Assembly: GCA_963663475.2 (NCBI GenBank) | Contig: CAXXJV010000001.1 | Span: 2,592,001 to 2,656,000 of the forward strand | DNA: 64,000 bases | Origin: Candidatus Cloacimonadales bacterium | GTDB lineage: Bacteria > Cloacimonadota > Cloacimonadia > Cloacimonadales > JAFGVF01 | Reading direction: 5' to 3' | Shown here: positions 30,539 to 39,544 of the stretch, in pieces | Position numbering within the stretch: the first letter of the stretch is position 1 | Layout: the number at the start of each line of letters is the position of its first letter | The notes under the pieces: generated by a model | Seen by the model: only the letters and a program-made list of their open reading frames with translations | The model's database searches: none | What the model was told of the DNA's origin: nothing | Position numbers and translations under genes: made by a program

Positions 30539-30640
30539 AGTTACTCCTTTTAATTTATTCAAATATTTATCATCTTGAATAAAATGTCAAGGTTTTTGTG
30601 ATATTTTCACAAAATGGATTTAAATAATGATTATTTTGTT

Positions 30641-30691
30641 AAAAGAATCTGCACTCTTCCCTAAAGCTCTACTGCACCATTCGGGTTTAAA
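30641..30691. repeat. Dispersed intergenic repeat (TTTAGGGAAGAGTGCAGATTCTT family)
   Basis: 23-bp exact match (reverse complement) within 54688-54780; related copies at 26721-26798, 28401-28438, 43071-43148 and 43979-44049. Confidence 0.7.
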
Positions 30692-30737
30692 TTGAATGCA
30701 TGTCTTTTTTATCTGACAATCACCTCTTCACTGAGAA

Positions 30738-30870
30738 TGCGGATGACCACATCCGCTTCCAAGCGATAGCTTGGAAATTCTTAAAAATCCCAGAGGGATG
30801 AAAATATATTAGACAGTGCTCAAAGACACTGTTACAGATACTAAAGAAATCTCAGCCCTAGAGGGGCGAC
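30738..30870. repeat. Cluster of short hairpins (GCGGATG/CATCCGC, TTCCAAGC/GCTTGGAA, ACAGTG/CACTGT), REP-like
   Basis: Inverted repeats read directly. Confidence 0.55.
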
Positions 30871-30871
30871 A

Positions 30872-31726
30872 CTACTTTAAAGAGTCTAAATCACACTCAA
30901 ATTTTAGAATTTCTCCCCTTACCTTAATGAAGCAAAAACCTCTTTCAATCTCTCCTTCATTGTATTCAATTTCTAGGTATTTTTGCCCGAACTCATCAAA
31001 ATAGTATGATTTTCCCTGTAAGTCTCCATTTTGCATATTTTCTATAGCTTCAATCAGACCATTTTCATCTCTAGTGATTACTTCTTTATGCCAAACATTA
31101 TCTATTTGTTCTGAGCTAGTTTTAAATACACCATTTTCATCAAAGTCTATTGTTCCAGGGTTTAAATGAAAATTTGTATAATTAATGATTGAACTTATAT
31201 TTCCATTTTCATGAAATCTATATATTACCCCTTCTATTTCACCATCTTTATAGTCAGTTTCCATAGCTTTATTTCCATTTTCATAATAGATAACATATCT
31301 ACCATTAAGTTTACCATCTTTATTGTAAGTTTGATTTATATCTTTATATTTCTCAACTGAGCTTTCATCTAGAACACCCTTGTAAAATCTTTGTCTTAGC
31401 ATCAGTGTTCCACTCCTGAAAAATTCAAGATATGGTCCATCTATAAATCCAGAAGAATAATGACTTTGAATATAGATTTTCCCATTATCAAAATACTCTG
31501 TGTAATCTCCATCTAATAAATCCGATTGAAAATTAGCTTCAATATGCAAATTACCATTTTTATGATAAGCTATAAATTGGCCATGCTTTTTACCATTAAT
31601 ATAGTCAACTTTAGTACGAGTATTGCCATTTTTATAAATACCTTCTTTTGTTTTGATTATTTCTTGCTTTTCTTGTACACTTATATCATGCTTATCAGTC
31701 TCTAAAGTATTTATATCTCGAGACAT
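30872..31726 (-). CDS. MORN-variant repeat protein (YwqK-like)
   Basis: Repeated Y(H/Y)xNG...G..xG.Y units. Confidence 0.85.
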   Translation of the reverse strand: MSRDINTLETDKHDISVQEKQEIIKTKEGIYKNGNTRTKVDYINGKKHGQFIAYHKNGNLHIEANFQSDLLDGDYTEYFDNGKIYIQSHYSSGFIDGPYLEFFRSGTLMLRQRFYKGVLDESSVEKYKDINQTYNKDGKLNGRYVIYYENGNKAMETDYKDGEIEGVIYRFHENGNISSIINYTNFHLNPGTIDFDENGVFKTSSEQIDNVWHKEVITRDENGLIEAIENMQNGDLQGKSYYFDEFGQKYLEIEYNEGEIERGFCFIKVRGEILKFECDLDSLK

Positions 31727-31765
31727 TTAAAAACCTCCTAATTATTAATTAAAACCTTTAGTTAG

Positions 31766-34700
31766 TTATATCTTAATCATCTTATCAATATAATCTTCAT
31801 CATCATACATAAAGAAGACATTATGTTCAACAAAAGCTTCTGATGATGGTAATCCACTATGCCAATGATTTACTTCATTATATTTCGTTGGAGAAATAAT
31901 TGAAGAGTGGAGAGAAACACTTGAGTCATTTAATTGCTTTTCGATATCTTTGATATTTTTCGCTAAAAGTATTTTAGCATCATCAAATCCTCTTGCATGT
32001 CTAAGCCCATGGGGGTCAGCAAAAATTATCTTTTGTTTTCCTTCTTCGACCAGCCAGATTATAAAGTCAGGATAGAAATTACTTTCATCAAAGAAGCTAA
32101 CACCCTTTCCTCTTTCCTGGTTCCTAAGGACATACAATTCCCGCTTAGCTAAATATTCTTTCCCTTTGACTTTACACCAATTTTCTAAGTCATTAACAAA
32201 TTTCTTTTCATGTAAATTTATTCTTGTTGGAGTCACTTTAATTTCAGTAGTCCCATTAATAACATATATCAAAGGATTGTAAAGATGTTTTGTGATATTA
32301 AAAATATCTAATCCATCAAAAGATAAATCTCCTAATTCGCCTTTATCTAAAGATTCTTTAATAGTTTTTATATTTCGAATTAGCATTTCTTTACTTTTAT
32401 TTATTTCTAATTTATATTCAAACTCCAAGTTCTTTTTAAAGGCTAAACATGCATTATCATCTGATTCTAGTACTTCCTTCAAAGTCCTATACTCTCTATA
32501 AGGAGCTTGGAAGAGGTTTTTATGATATTTATTAAATTTATCTAGGTAGGCTTTAGATATTGATAAGGCTATTTCATTCCACAATTCTATCTTCTTAAAA
32601 CTATCAAATACTAATAAATGTTGAGGTATATAAAGTACATACCATGAGCTGTCACGAAGCATTGCTTCTAAATTGTCTTTCTTAATTTCTATATTATAAT
32701 AAGCTTGAGATTTTTTATGCTTAAGTAGCTCCAAATACAGCTTATCAATATCAATGTATTTAAGATGCTCTTCTTTTAGCCAATCTTTGTGCAGTAGGTT
32801 TCCATCAGTATAATTTAAATTAAATTTATTGCTTATACTTCTTATCCTACTATACCAATCAGATTGAATCATAGTTCTTATATTTGGCTCTACTTTGAAA
32901 TCTAATAATTTTTCTTTCTTGAAATCAGGCATATCATTTTTGGGAAGAATAACTTTCAAGTCCTTATTAGCAATGTTTTGAATGAGAGGCAATGTGATAG
33001 GCTCTACCTCATCAGTTTTTACCACACCTTCTTCGTTTATATATTCTTGAAATTCTGCCATATAATCTGCATTGATACCAAAAACATTGAGTGTTTCAAG
33101 CAAGTCTAAATATTTAGGAGGATTATCTTTAGCTACAGATCTTTTCAGTGAAAAATCTAAACCTTTTAATCTAACACCCCTACCAAAGAGCTGAATAATC
33201 TGTGAACCCTCATTTTGACCTACATTGATCAAACCCATACTGCTAACTCGCCAGCTATTCCAACCTTCAGAAAACTTTTTAGCTCCAATCAGGAGTCTAA
33301 TATTAGAATGGTCAGAATTAATAGTATCAAACAGTGAGTAGGAAACACTTTGTTCAGTTGTTATTATATCAGTATCATCTTCCAACATTTTCCATAGTTT
33401 CCTAGGTTCACCAATATTTATTACTCCAAAATAGTCATTAGAATCTCCTATTTTTAGTCCAACTTCACTTCCACTACCCTTCATATAGACAGCATGAAGA
33501 AGTCCACCCCCAGGAGAATTAAAAACAAGGTCAAGTATATCATCATAAATTTTCTTAGGAGAATCAGAATTAGTCATGGGATAAAGGGAATCTAAGTAAT
33601 CAAAGAAATCATAAGAATGTCTGTCATTATCTAAAATTTCTGCTCTTCCTTCAATAAGTAATTTAATATTGACACAAGAAGCTTCTTTCTCTTTAATAAA
33701 AGTAGCTAAGAATTTTAAAGCAGTAACAACATCTGTATCCCTTAGAGTCTCTCTTTTTCCTGTAACTGTTCCTCCCACCATAATCATCAAAGGATTTTCA
33801 ATTAAATAATCTGTAAAGCTATGCTTTTTCTCTTTATAAAGCTTACATTGTTGATAAAATTTAAGTAGATTATTAGTTAGATATAGTTGTTGACTTACAC
33901 TTTCTTGATATTGAGTTTTTAACTTTTCTAATACTGTAATATAGAAATCTTTACCAAAGCCATCTGCGTAGAAATACCTATAAGAGTAATCAACAAGTAT
34001 TGACTTTGCATAGAGATTACTCATTTCTGTTTGCTTGGTTTTTGCTAAAGAATTAACAGACTGACCAAAGGTAGCTGAATATTCACAAGAAAAACCATCT
34101 TGGCATAACTCTTGTCTCTTGCTAAACCATTCATCTCCACCTGAACCTCTGTGTCCCTCATCAACAAATACTAAGTTATTTTTTCCAAACTCCGAAACTG
34201 CAACAGTAGTAACACCTGAAGTTTCTTTCAACTTAGTGATTTCGATAATATCAACATAAGCTCTACCCATATTACTACCTTTTGTATAAATCTTAGCAGA
34301 AATATCTGAAAGCTCAAATTCATCTAAATGCTGTTTTGATAATCCTTCATTAGGTGTTATCAAAATTAGTTTATTGAATCTATTAGAAAGATTATACTTA
34401 TCAAGATAGTAGTTAATTTGTAGAATATTACAATGCATAAGCAGTGTTTTGCCACTACCGGTAGCCATCCAGAAGGCAAGTTTTCTTAAATCATTACTAG
34501 TAAACTCAGGAATTTTATCATTCTTTTGCTTAAATCTCTTGTTAAAAGTTTTTCTAAAATTATTTATTTCATCTACTAATTTAGTAGTTTTAGCTTGTAA
34601 ATCCTGAAAAAATCTATCTAAGTAATATTCAGTAAACAGAAGAGAAAGATATTGAAAATAGAGGGGGAAAATATCTCTATGCTCTGCTATGACCCTTTTT

Positions 34701-34951
34701 TTGGTTATATTATTCCAATGTTGGTATATATTACTTTCATAAACATCTATGTTATCTTTTTTTATGGAACTATTGTCTAATAAGTTAAGCTTTAATGCTT
34801 CAGAAAAATAAAATACATTTTGCTCATTCCAGCCTGTGCCTGCTCTTTCTAATCTGCTGCTTAAATCATTCATTCCTTCTTTAGCAGACTGATAACCTAA
34901 TTTTGAAAATATCCATTCATTTAAAACTAATCTATGTGTTAATGTTGCCAT
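31766..34951 (-). CDS. res: Type III-like restriction subunit (SF2 helicase + PD-(D/E)xK nuclease)
   Basis: WMATGSGKT, VDEGH, EYSATF, EGWNSWR, QLFGRGVR; C-terminal FYPDFIIW...FADPHG. Confidence 0.88.
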   Translation of the reverse strand: MATLTHRLVLNEWIFSKLGYQSAKEGMNDLSSRLERAGTGWNEQNVFYFSEALKLNLLDNSSIKKDNIDVYESNIYQHWNNITKKRVIAEHRDIFPLYFQYLSLLFTEYYLDRFFQDLQAKTTKLVDEINNFRKTFNKRFKQKNDKIPEFTSNDLRKLAFWMATGSGKTLLMHCNILQINYYLDKYNLSNRFNKLILITPNEGLSKQHLDEFELSDISAKIYTKGSNMGRAYVDIIEITKLKETSGVTTVAVSEFGKNNLVFVDEGHRGSGGDEWFSKRQELCQDGFSCEYSATFGQSVNSLAKTKQTEMSNLYAKSILVDYSYRYFYADGFGKDFYITVLEKLKTQYQESVSQQLYLTNNLLKFYQQCKLYKEKKHSFTDYLIENPLMIMVGGTVTGKRETLRDTDVVTALKFLATFIKEKEASCVNIKLLIEGRAEILDNDRHSYDFFDYLDSLYPMTNSDSPKKIYDDILDLVFNSPGGGLLHAVYMKGSGSEVGLKIGDSNDYFGVINIGEPRKLWKMLEDDTDIITTEQSVSYSLFDTINSDHSNIRLLIGAKKFSEGWNSWRVSSMGLINVGQNEGSQIIQLFGRGVRLKGLDFSLKRSVAKDNPPKYLDLLETLNVFGINADYMAEFQEYINEEGVVKTDEVEPITLPLIQNIANKDLKVILPKNDMPDFKKEKLLDFKVEPNIRTMIQSDWYSRIRSISNKFNLNYTDGNLLHKDWLKEEHLKYIDIDKLYLELLKHKKSQAYYNIEIKKDNLEAMLRDSSWYVLYIPQHLLVFDSFKKIELWNEIALSISKAYLDKFNKYHKNLFQAPYREYRTLKEVLESDDNACLAFKKNLEFEYKLEINKSKEMLIRNIKTIKESLDKGELGDLSFDGLDIFNITKHLYNPLIYVINGTTEIKVTPTRINLHEKKFVNDLENWCKVKGKEYLAKRELYVLRNQERGKGVSFFDESNFYPDFIIWLVEEGKQKIIFADPHGLRHARGFDDAKILLAKNIKDIEKQLNDSSVSLHSSIISPTKYNEVNHWHSGLPSSEAFVEHNVFFMYDDEDYIDKMIKI

Positions 34952-34963
34952 TATATGTCCTTT

Positions 34964-35389
34964 CTAACTAATTGCTTTGAAAATTTTAATCTTTAATTCT
35001 TCATTTTCTGTTTCATTTAGCATTATTGCTGTTATTATATCTTGTAATAACAACTTATCAATAGCACCTGAAGCTACATGATAACTTATATTTTCCATAT
35101 ACTTGATAAATCCAGGAACTAAAAAAACATAGCCATTAAGAAGCAAGAATAAAGCACCCAATGAGATAGCTATTCTTTTATTCCCATCTCTATAGCAATG
35201 ATTTTTATTAACTGAGTAAATAAGATGAGTTAGTTTCTCTTCTATAGTTGGGTAGTAATCATCGTTTTTAATAAAATCAACAATACTTTCAATACAACCA
35301 TGCTTTAAAATACCTGATGCACCACCACCACTAACAGAAATTGTTTTTTCATAAGTTTCGTGTATCTGTTCAGAATTTGGATAAATCAT
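34964..35389 (-). CDS. doc: Fic/Doc family toxin
   Basis: HCYRDGNKR Doc-type motif; FLLLNGY. Confidence 0.88.
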   Translation of the reverse strand: MIYPNSEQIHETYEKTISVSGGGASGILKHGCIESIVDFIKNDDYYPTIEEKLTHLIYSVNKNHCYRDGNKRIAISLGALFLLLNGYVFLVPGFIKYMENISYHVASGAIDKLLLQDIITAIMLNETENEELKIKIFKAIS

Positions 35390-35391
35390 AT

Positions 35392-36408
35392 TTACTCTCT
35401 ATCCTTCAATCTTTTAAAAGTATCTTTTGCTTCTTCTAATCTTTCGGCTAACTCTTTACTCTTTTCTCCCAGAAATCTTTCAAAATCTACTGTTGAAACA
35501 GGTCCTAGGTATTCTTCTAAATTTTTATGTAAAGCATCTCTAAAGCACAAGTCTCTACTAGCCATCTTCATTCTAGCCTTATTTATAAGAGGTTTATACA
35601 ATGCTTGTGACTCAAAAGCACTAAAAATTTCGTCAACCTCATATGAGTAGAGTTTACGCTGTTTTGCTTCATATTCTTCTTTTAGAATTTGAGATAGACC
35701 ATACTCATAACTTGAGATAATATCAAGTATCTCGCTATACATAGTATCTCGTGTTTTATCTTTATTCTCAAGTTTGAGAATTTTACGATATTCATCTGCA
35801 TTTTCACGGAAAATACTCCTGTATATTTTATTCGTATAAATACCGTATTTAGCATTACCCATATTGACATAATCTCGTAAAGCTTCAGTAAACTCTTTTC
35901 TATAATTCTCATTCTCAAAATAACTTAATATAAAATCTTCATCTCTTTGATTAATATATTTTGTACTACCACCAGTTTTACTATTGATTGTATCAATGGC
36001 TATATCAAGAATTACTCCTCTCAATATCTTTGCTTTTTCACTCTCTACTAACAACATAGCAAGATTAAGAAGTGATCTGAAATTAAAAATACCTAGAGAA
36101 TTTGCCTTGATAGGGACATTCATGTCACTATCATACTCCATGTTAGCTATTAACTTAAACTCTTTCAGCTTCTTACCACGTAAGACTACATATCCATTTG
36201 ATTTTAGCTCTTCAGGGTACTTTTCTAGATATCTTTTTACTGTTCTCTCATCAGTTTCAAATATTCTTGAAACTTGGCTTATGGTATACTTGATTTCATT
36301 TTCAAAAATTATACCAGCAAAACCAGTAGCTTTCTGAATTTCATCAATGGCAAAAGGATTATTTAAAATATTTTGTCTTTCTAATGATGATGTTGATAAA
36401 GTCCCCAT
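35392..36408 (-). CDS. Putative DNA-binding protein (RhuM-like N-terminal HTH), coupled to Doc
   Basis: TISQVSRIFETDERTVKRYL..YPEEL HTH-like segment; ATG at 36408 just after the mod stop; 2-bp gap to doc. Confidence 0.65.
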   Translation of the reverse strand: MGTLSTSSLERQNILNNPFAIDEIQKATGFAGIIFENEIKYTISQVSRIFETDERTVKRYLEKYPEELKSNGYVVLRGKKLKEFKLIANMEYDSDMNVPIKANSLGIFNFRSLLNLAMLLVESEKAKILRGVILDIAIDTINSKTGGSTKYINQRDEDFILSYFENENYRKEFTEALRDYVNMGNAKYGIYTNKIYRSIFRENADEYRKILKLENKDKTRDTMYSEILDIISSYEYGLSQILKEEYEAKQRKLYSYEVDEIFSAFESQALYKPLINKARMKMASRDLCFRDALHKNLEEYLGPVSTVDFERFLGEKSKELAERLEEAKDTFKRLKDRE

Positions 36409-36409
36409 C

Positions 36410-39400
36410 CTACACATCCTCACATTCAAACATTAGCTCGTTAAATACTTGAGCTATGTTAAATATCTTTTTATGAGGATCTTCTATTGTATGGTCTCCA
36501 TTTACATAAATTGCCCGATACTCTGTTTCAGCAGGATTTACCCTGACTTTAGTAAGGAAATCATTTAAGGCTTTATTATCATGCACATCTACATTACGCC
36601 AAATAATTAAGATTCTCTCATTAGCTGGATTTATACCTTCAATTTTTACAAAGCCATCTATCACCTTTAATTCTACTACTTCTACACCCAATAAATAATT
36701 AAAGGTCTCTATCAAATCTACCTGCTTTAACTCAGCTTGACCACTTTCATAGTTGTGTATCTTTATCTGATAATCAAAGGGACTATCAAACCTGTCTATA
36801 TCCATTAATGAAGCCTTACTCTCTATATCTAACATATAATTTATCAGATAATCTTGGTTTACAGACTCTGAATCTATCCCAAATAGATCAGGAGACTGGT
36901 CTTGCAAGGTCAAGTTATTTAGCGTATCTTCGTAACTCTCCATTCTGATATACTTAAAACAATGGGAAATTCCTGTATCTCTTGTTACAGGTTTGCCACT
37001 CTTCCAGTCTGTACTATAGACTACTTTTTCAATCCGGGGCTTGGTAACTGTATCAAAATAATTTCCCATCTCTACTAAGATATATTTCCTTGTACCACCA
37101 TCCTCTCGGTTTAAATTGATGACTGCATGACCTGTGGTACCTGAACCAGCGAAGTAGTCGAGGATTGTTGATTTTTGTGGTCTAGCTGAAATTGAAAGAA
37201 AGTATTTTGCAGCGTTTATAGGTTTAGGATTCTCAAATGTGAAATTCATATCGCTAAACAAAGCATCATCACTACCACCCATATAATAGAGCGATGATAC
37301 ATTTTCTATTAAGTTATCTTTCAGAAAATATTTGCGATTTGGTATAGTTGTTTCATCATTTCCAAAAATTATTAAATCAGCATCTATAAGAGATTTCATT
37401 GTTTCTGGAGGATTTCTCCATCCTCTAGCTGGAACCGGACATTGTTTATTTGTTAGTGGGTGAATTAATGGTTCAAAATATTCATCAGGTGCTTTTTTTT
37501 TATTAGGCCATGCCATCGATACTGGACGATATACATTTCCATCATCATCAATATTTGAATACGCTTTTTCTCCTCCAGTAAAGTCTTGCTTTTTAAGCCA
37601 ATTTTTGAACAAGATACGAGCATTATCATTTATGCCTCCAGCTCTCTTAATTAACTTTAGAGCTTTATTTAGTATTGTTTCAGCATTTATTTTTATACGA
37701 ACAAAAGCACCTTCTACAGATTTTAGATGTTCAGGATTAGGAGTAGCAAAATGTACATACTCATGCTGGGTAGCTATTCCCTTTGAATCACCCTTCGGAT
37801 TTCTTTTATCCCATACCAACTTTCCTAAATCTCCATTTTCTCCAAACAGATTTTTAACGATCCACTCTAAAGATAAATGCTCATTTTCATCCATATGGCA
37901 TACAAACAATCCATTATGATTGAACATCATAATTGACATTTTAAGACGATCCATAATCATTGTACACCAAGATGAATGTTGAAATTGGTCCTTATAACTA
38001 AATCCATCATTACCAGTATTATAAGGTGGATCAATATAAATACATTTAACCTTTTCTTTATATCTTTCCTGTAGCAGATTAAGAGCTTGGAAGTTCTCTG
38101 AATGAATAAGTAGTCCATCTGTATTTTCATCCAAGTTATCAATAGTGGAAAGAAGCTTGTACTTAAAGTCTTGGCTAAAGAAGGAAGTATCAAGGACTAA
38201 GTATTTATTGTCTGTAAGGAATTTAAGCTTATTTTCAGTATTGCCTTTTTCAAAGTCTTCATAGCTGGTATGGATAGCATCTGTCTTAATCTCTTCAATA
38301 GCAAAGAGCTTTTTCCATTCTGCTATTTGCTCTTGATTATCAGCAATTTGAGGGTAGAAGTCTTGGGGAATTCTATCTAAAGTTATGCAATAATTAGTTT
38401 GATAGATAAACTTCTTTTTTAACCAGAGTTTCTTTTGGAAATTTTCTATTTGAGCAAGGAATTCAATAAGTTCTTGGGCTATAGTTCTGATTGCTTTAAT
38501 TTTTCTAATCTCAGAAGTTAAGTAATCTGGCTCTTTATCAACAACATCATCTAAATACATTACTTCATTTTTAATATAAAAGTCTAACTCTCTTTTTAGA
38601 AATCCAGCCAAATCTTTATGAATAAAGAAGTCTGAGGTCTGTTTTCTCACATAAGCTTGCAAATGTTTTCCCAGAATACTTCTGTTTTTATCACCAGTAT
38701 AAGTAGGATCATCTTCTTTTAGAAGCTCTTTCCAATCATCTTGGAGAATCTTTTCTAAGTTCTTTTCCAGAGCTTCTATGAGTTGTTTCTCAGTTAGAGC
38801 TTTTGAAACTTCCTTAAAATAGAAGGGTATGATTAATTCCTTGTCATTTACTTGGATATTAACTCTGCCATCTGCTTCATCATAAGCACCTTCCAACTCT
38901 TTAAATAGGAGCATTTGCCTTTTTGCTTGGTTATTGTCTTTTACAGCATCTGAGCCAGCAAGTTTAAACTTTACTTTTTTATCCCCAATCATAAAAACAT
39001 AATCTTTTAGAGTTTCTGAAGATTTGATATAATATTGGTCTTTATTAGCCCAGTGCATAATAACTTCTTCCCCATTGTAGGGAATTGCGTATTTATCTTT
39101 GATAGCAGATCTACGTTGAGATATGAAATCCCCATCCTGGTAGTAACGACTAAAGAAATCAAGGAGATGAGAATAGACCTCTGTCTCCAACTGAGATGAA
39201 AGAGATTTATTTTGGAACTTATCTTTTGCTTCAAGAAATCTTTTCCCAGCAGGAGTTTGGGCAAACATATCAGAGAGATTATCCTCACTATCAAAAGCTT
39301 CTTTCCCAAAAGAAGCAATGCATTCTTCTTTGGCTTTTTTGTAGGCATCTTCCAAGTCCTGAGTATTTGCAGAACCTAAGATATTAGCTACTCTATCAGG

Positions 39401-39535
39401 TAATTTATTTGTGATAAAATATTTTATCTTATCTTGTCTTTGATTTATTAACCTATATATTCCAAAATCTAAGTCTGTTTTATCTAACTCAAATAGTTGA
39501 TTTAATTTATTTATTAATTCTTGTAGTTTTGTCAT
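36410..39535 (-). CDS. mod: Type III-like adenine DNA methyltransferase (Mod, beta class)
   Basis: IYIDPPYNTG, then a variable TRD region, then LDYFAGSGTT; DLDFGIYR and HWANKDQYYIK N-terminus. Confidence 0.93.
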   Translation of the reverse strand: MTKLQELINKLNQLFELDKTDLDFGIYRLINQRQDKIKYFITNKLPDRVANILGSANTQDLEDAYKKAKEECIASFGKEAFDSEDNLSDMFAQTPAGKRFLEAKDKFQNKSLSSQLETEVYSHLLDFFSRYYQDGDFISQRRSAIKDKYAIPYNGEEVIMHWANKDQYYIKSSETLKDYVFMIGDKKVKFKLAGSDAVKDNNQAKRQMLLFKELEGAYDEADGRVNIQVNDKELIIPFYFKEVSKALTEKQLIEALEKNLEKILQDDWKELLKEDDPTYTGDKNRSILGKHLQAYVRKQTSDFFIHKDLAGFLKRELDFYIKNEVMYLDDVVDKEPDYLTSEIRKIKAIRTIAQELIEFLAQIENFQKKLWLKKKFIYQTNYCITLDRIPQDFYPQIADNQEQIAEWKKLFAIEEIKTDAIHTSYEDFEKGNTENKLKFLTDNKYLVLDTSFFSQDFKYKLLSTIDNLDENTDGLLIHSENFQALNLLQERYKEKVKCIYIDPPYNTGNDGFSYKDQFQHSSWCTMIMDRLKMSIMMFNHNGLFVCHMDENEHLSLEWIVKNLFGENGDLGKLVWDKRNPKGDSKGIATQHEYVHFATPNPEHLKSVEGAFVRIKINAETILNKALKLIKRAGGINDNARILFKNWLKKQDFTGGEKAYSNIDDDGNVYRPVSMAWPNKKKAPDEYFEPLIHPLTNKQCPVPARGWRNPPETMKSLIDADLIIFGNDETTIPNRKYFLKDNLIENVSSLYYMGGSDDALFSDMNFTFENPKPINAAKYFLSISARPQKSTILDYFAGSGTTGHAVINLNREDGGTRKYILVEMGNYFDTVTKPRIEKVVYSTDWKSGKPVTRDTGISHCFKYIRMESYEDTLNNLTLQDQSPDLFGIDSESVNQDYLINYMLDIESKASLMDIDRFDSPFDYQIKIHNYESGQAELKQVDLIETFNYLLGVEVVELKVIDGFVKIEGINPANERILIIWRNVDVHDNKALNDFLTKVRVNPAETEYRAIYVNGDHTIEDPHKKIFNIAQVFNELMFECEDV

Positions 39536-39544
39536 TACCCACTC

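Noticed and set aside
37493-37501. Poly-A tract in mod as a phase-variation switch
   Set aside because: A 9-base run is unremarkable in this AT-rich DNA, the frame is intact, and no longer simple repeat was seen
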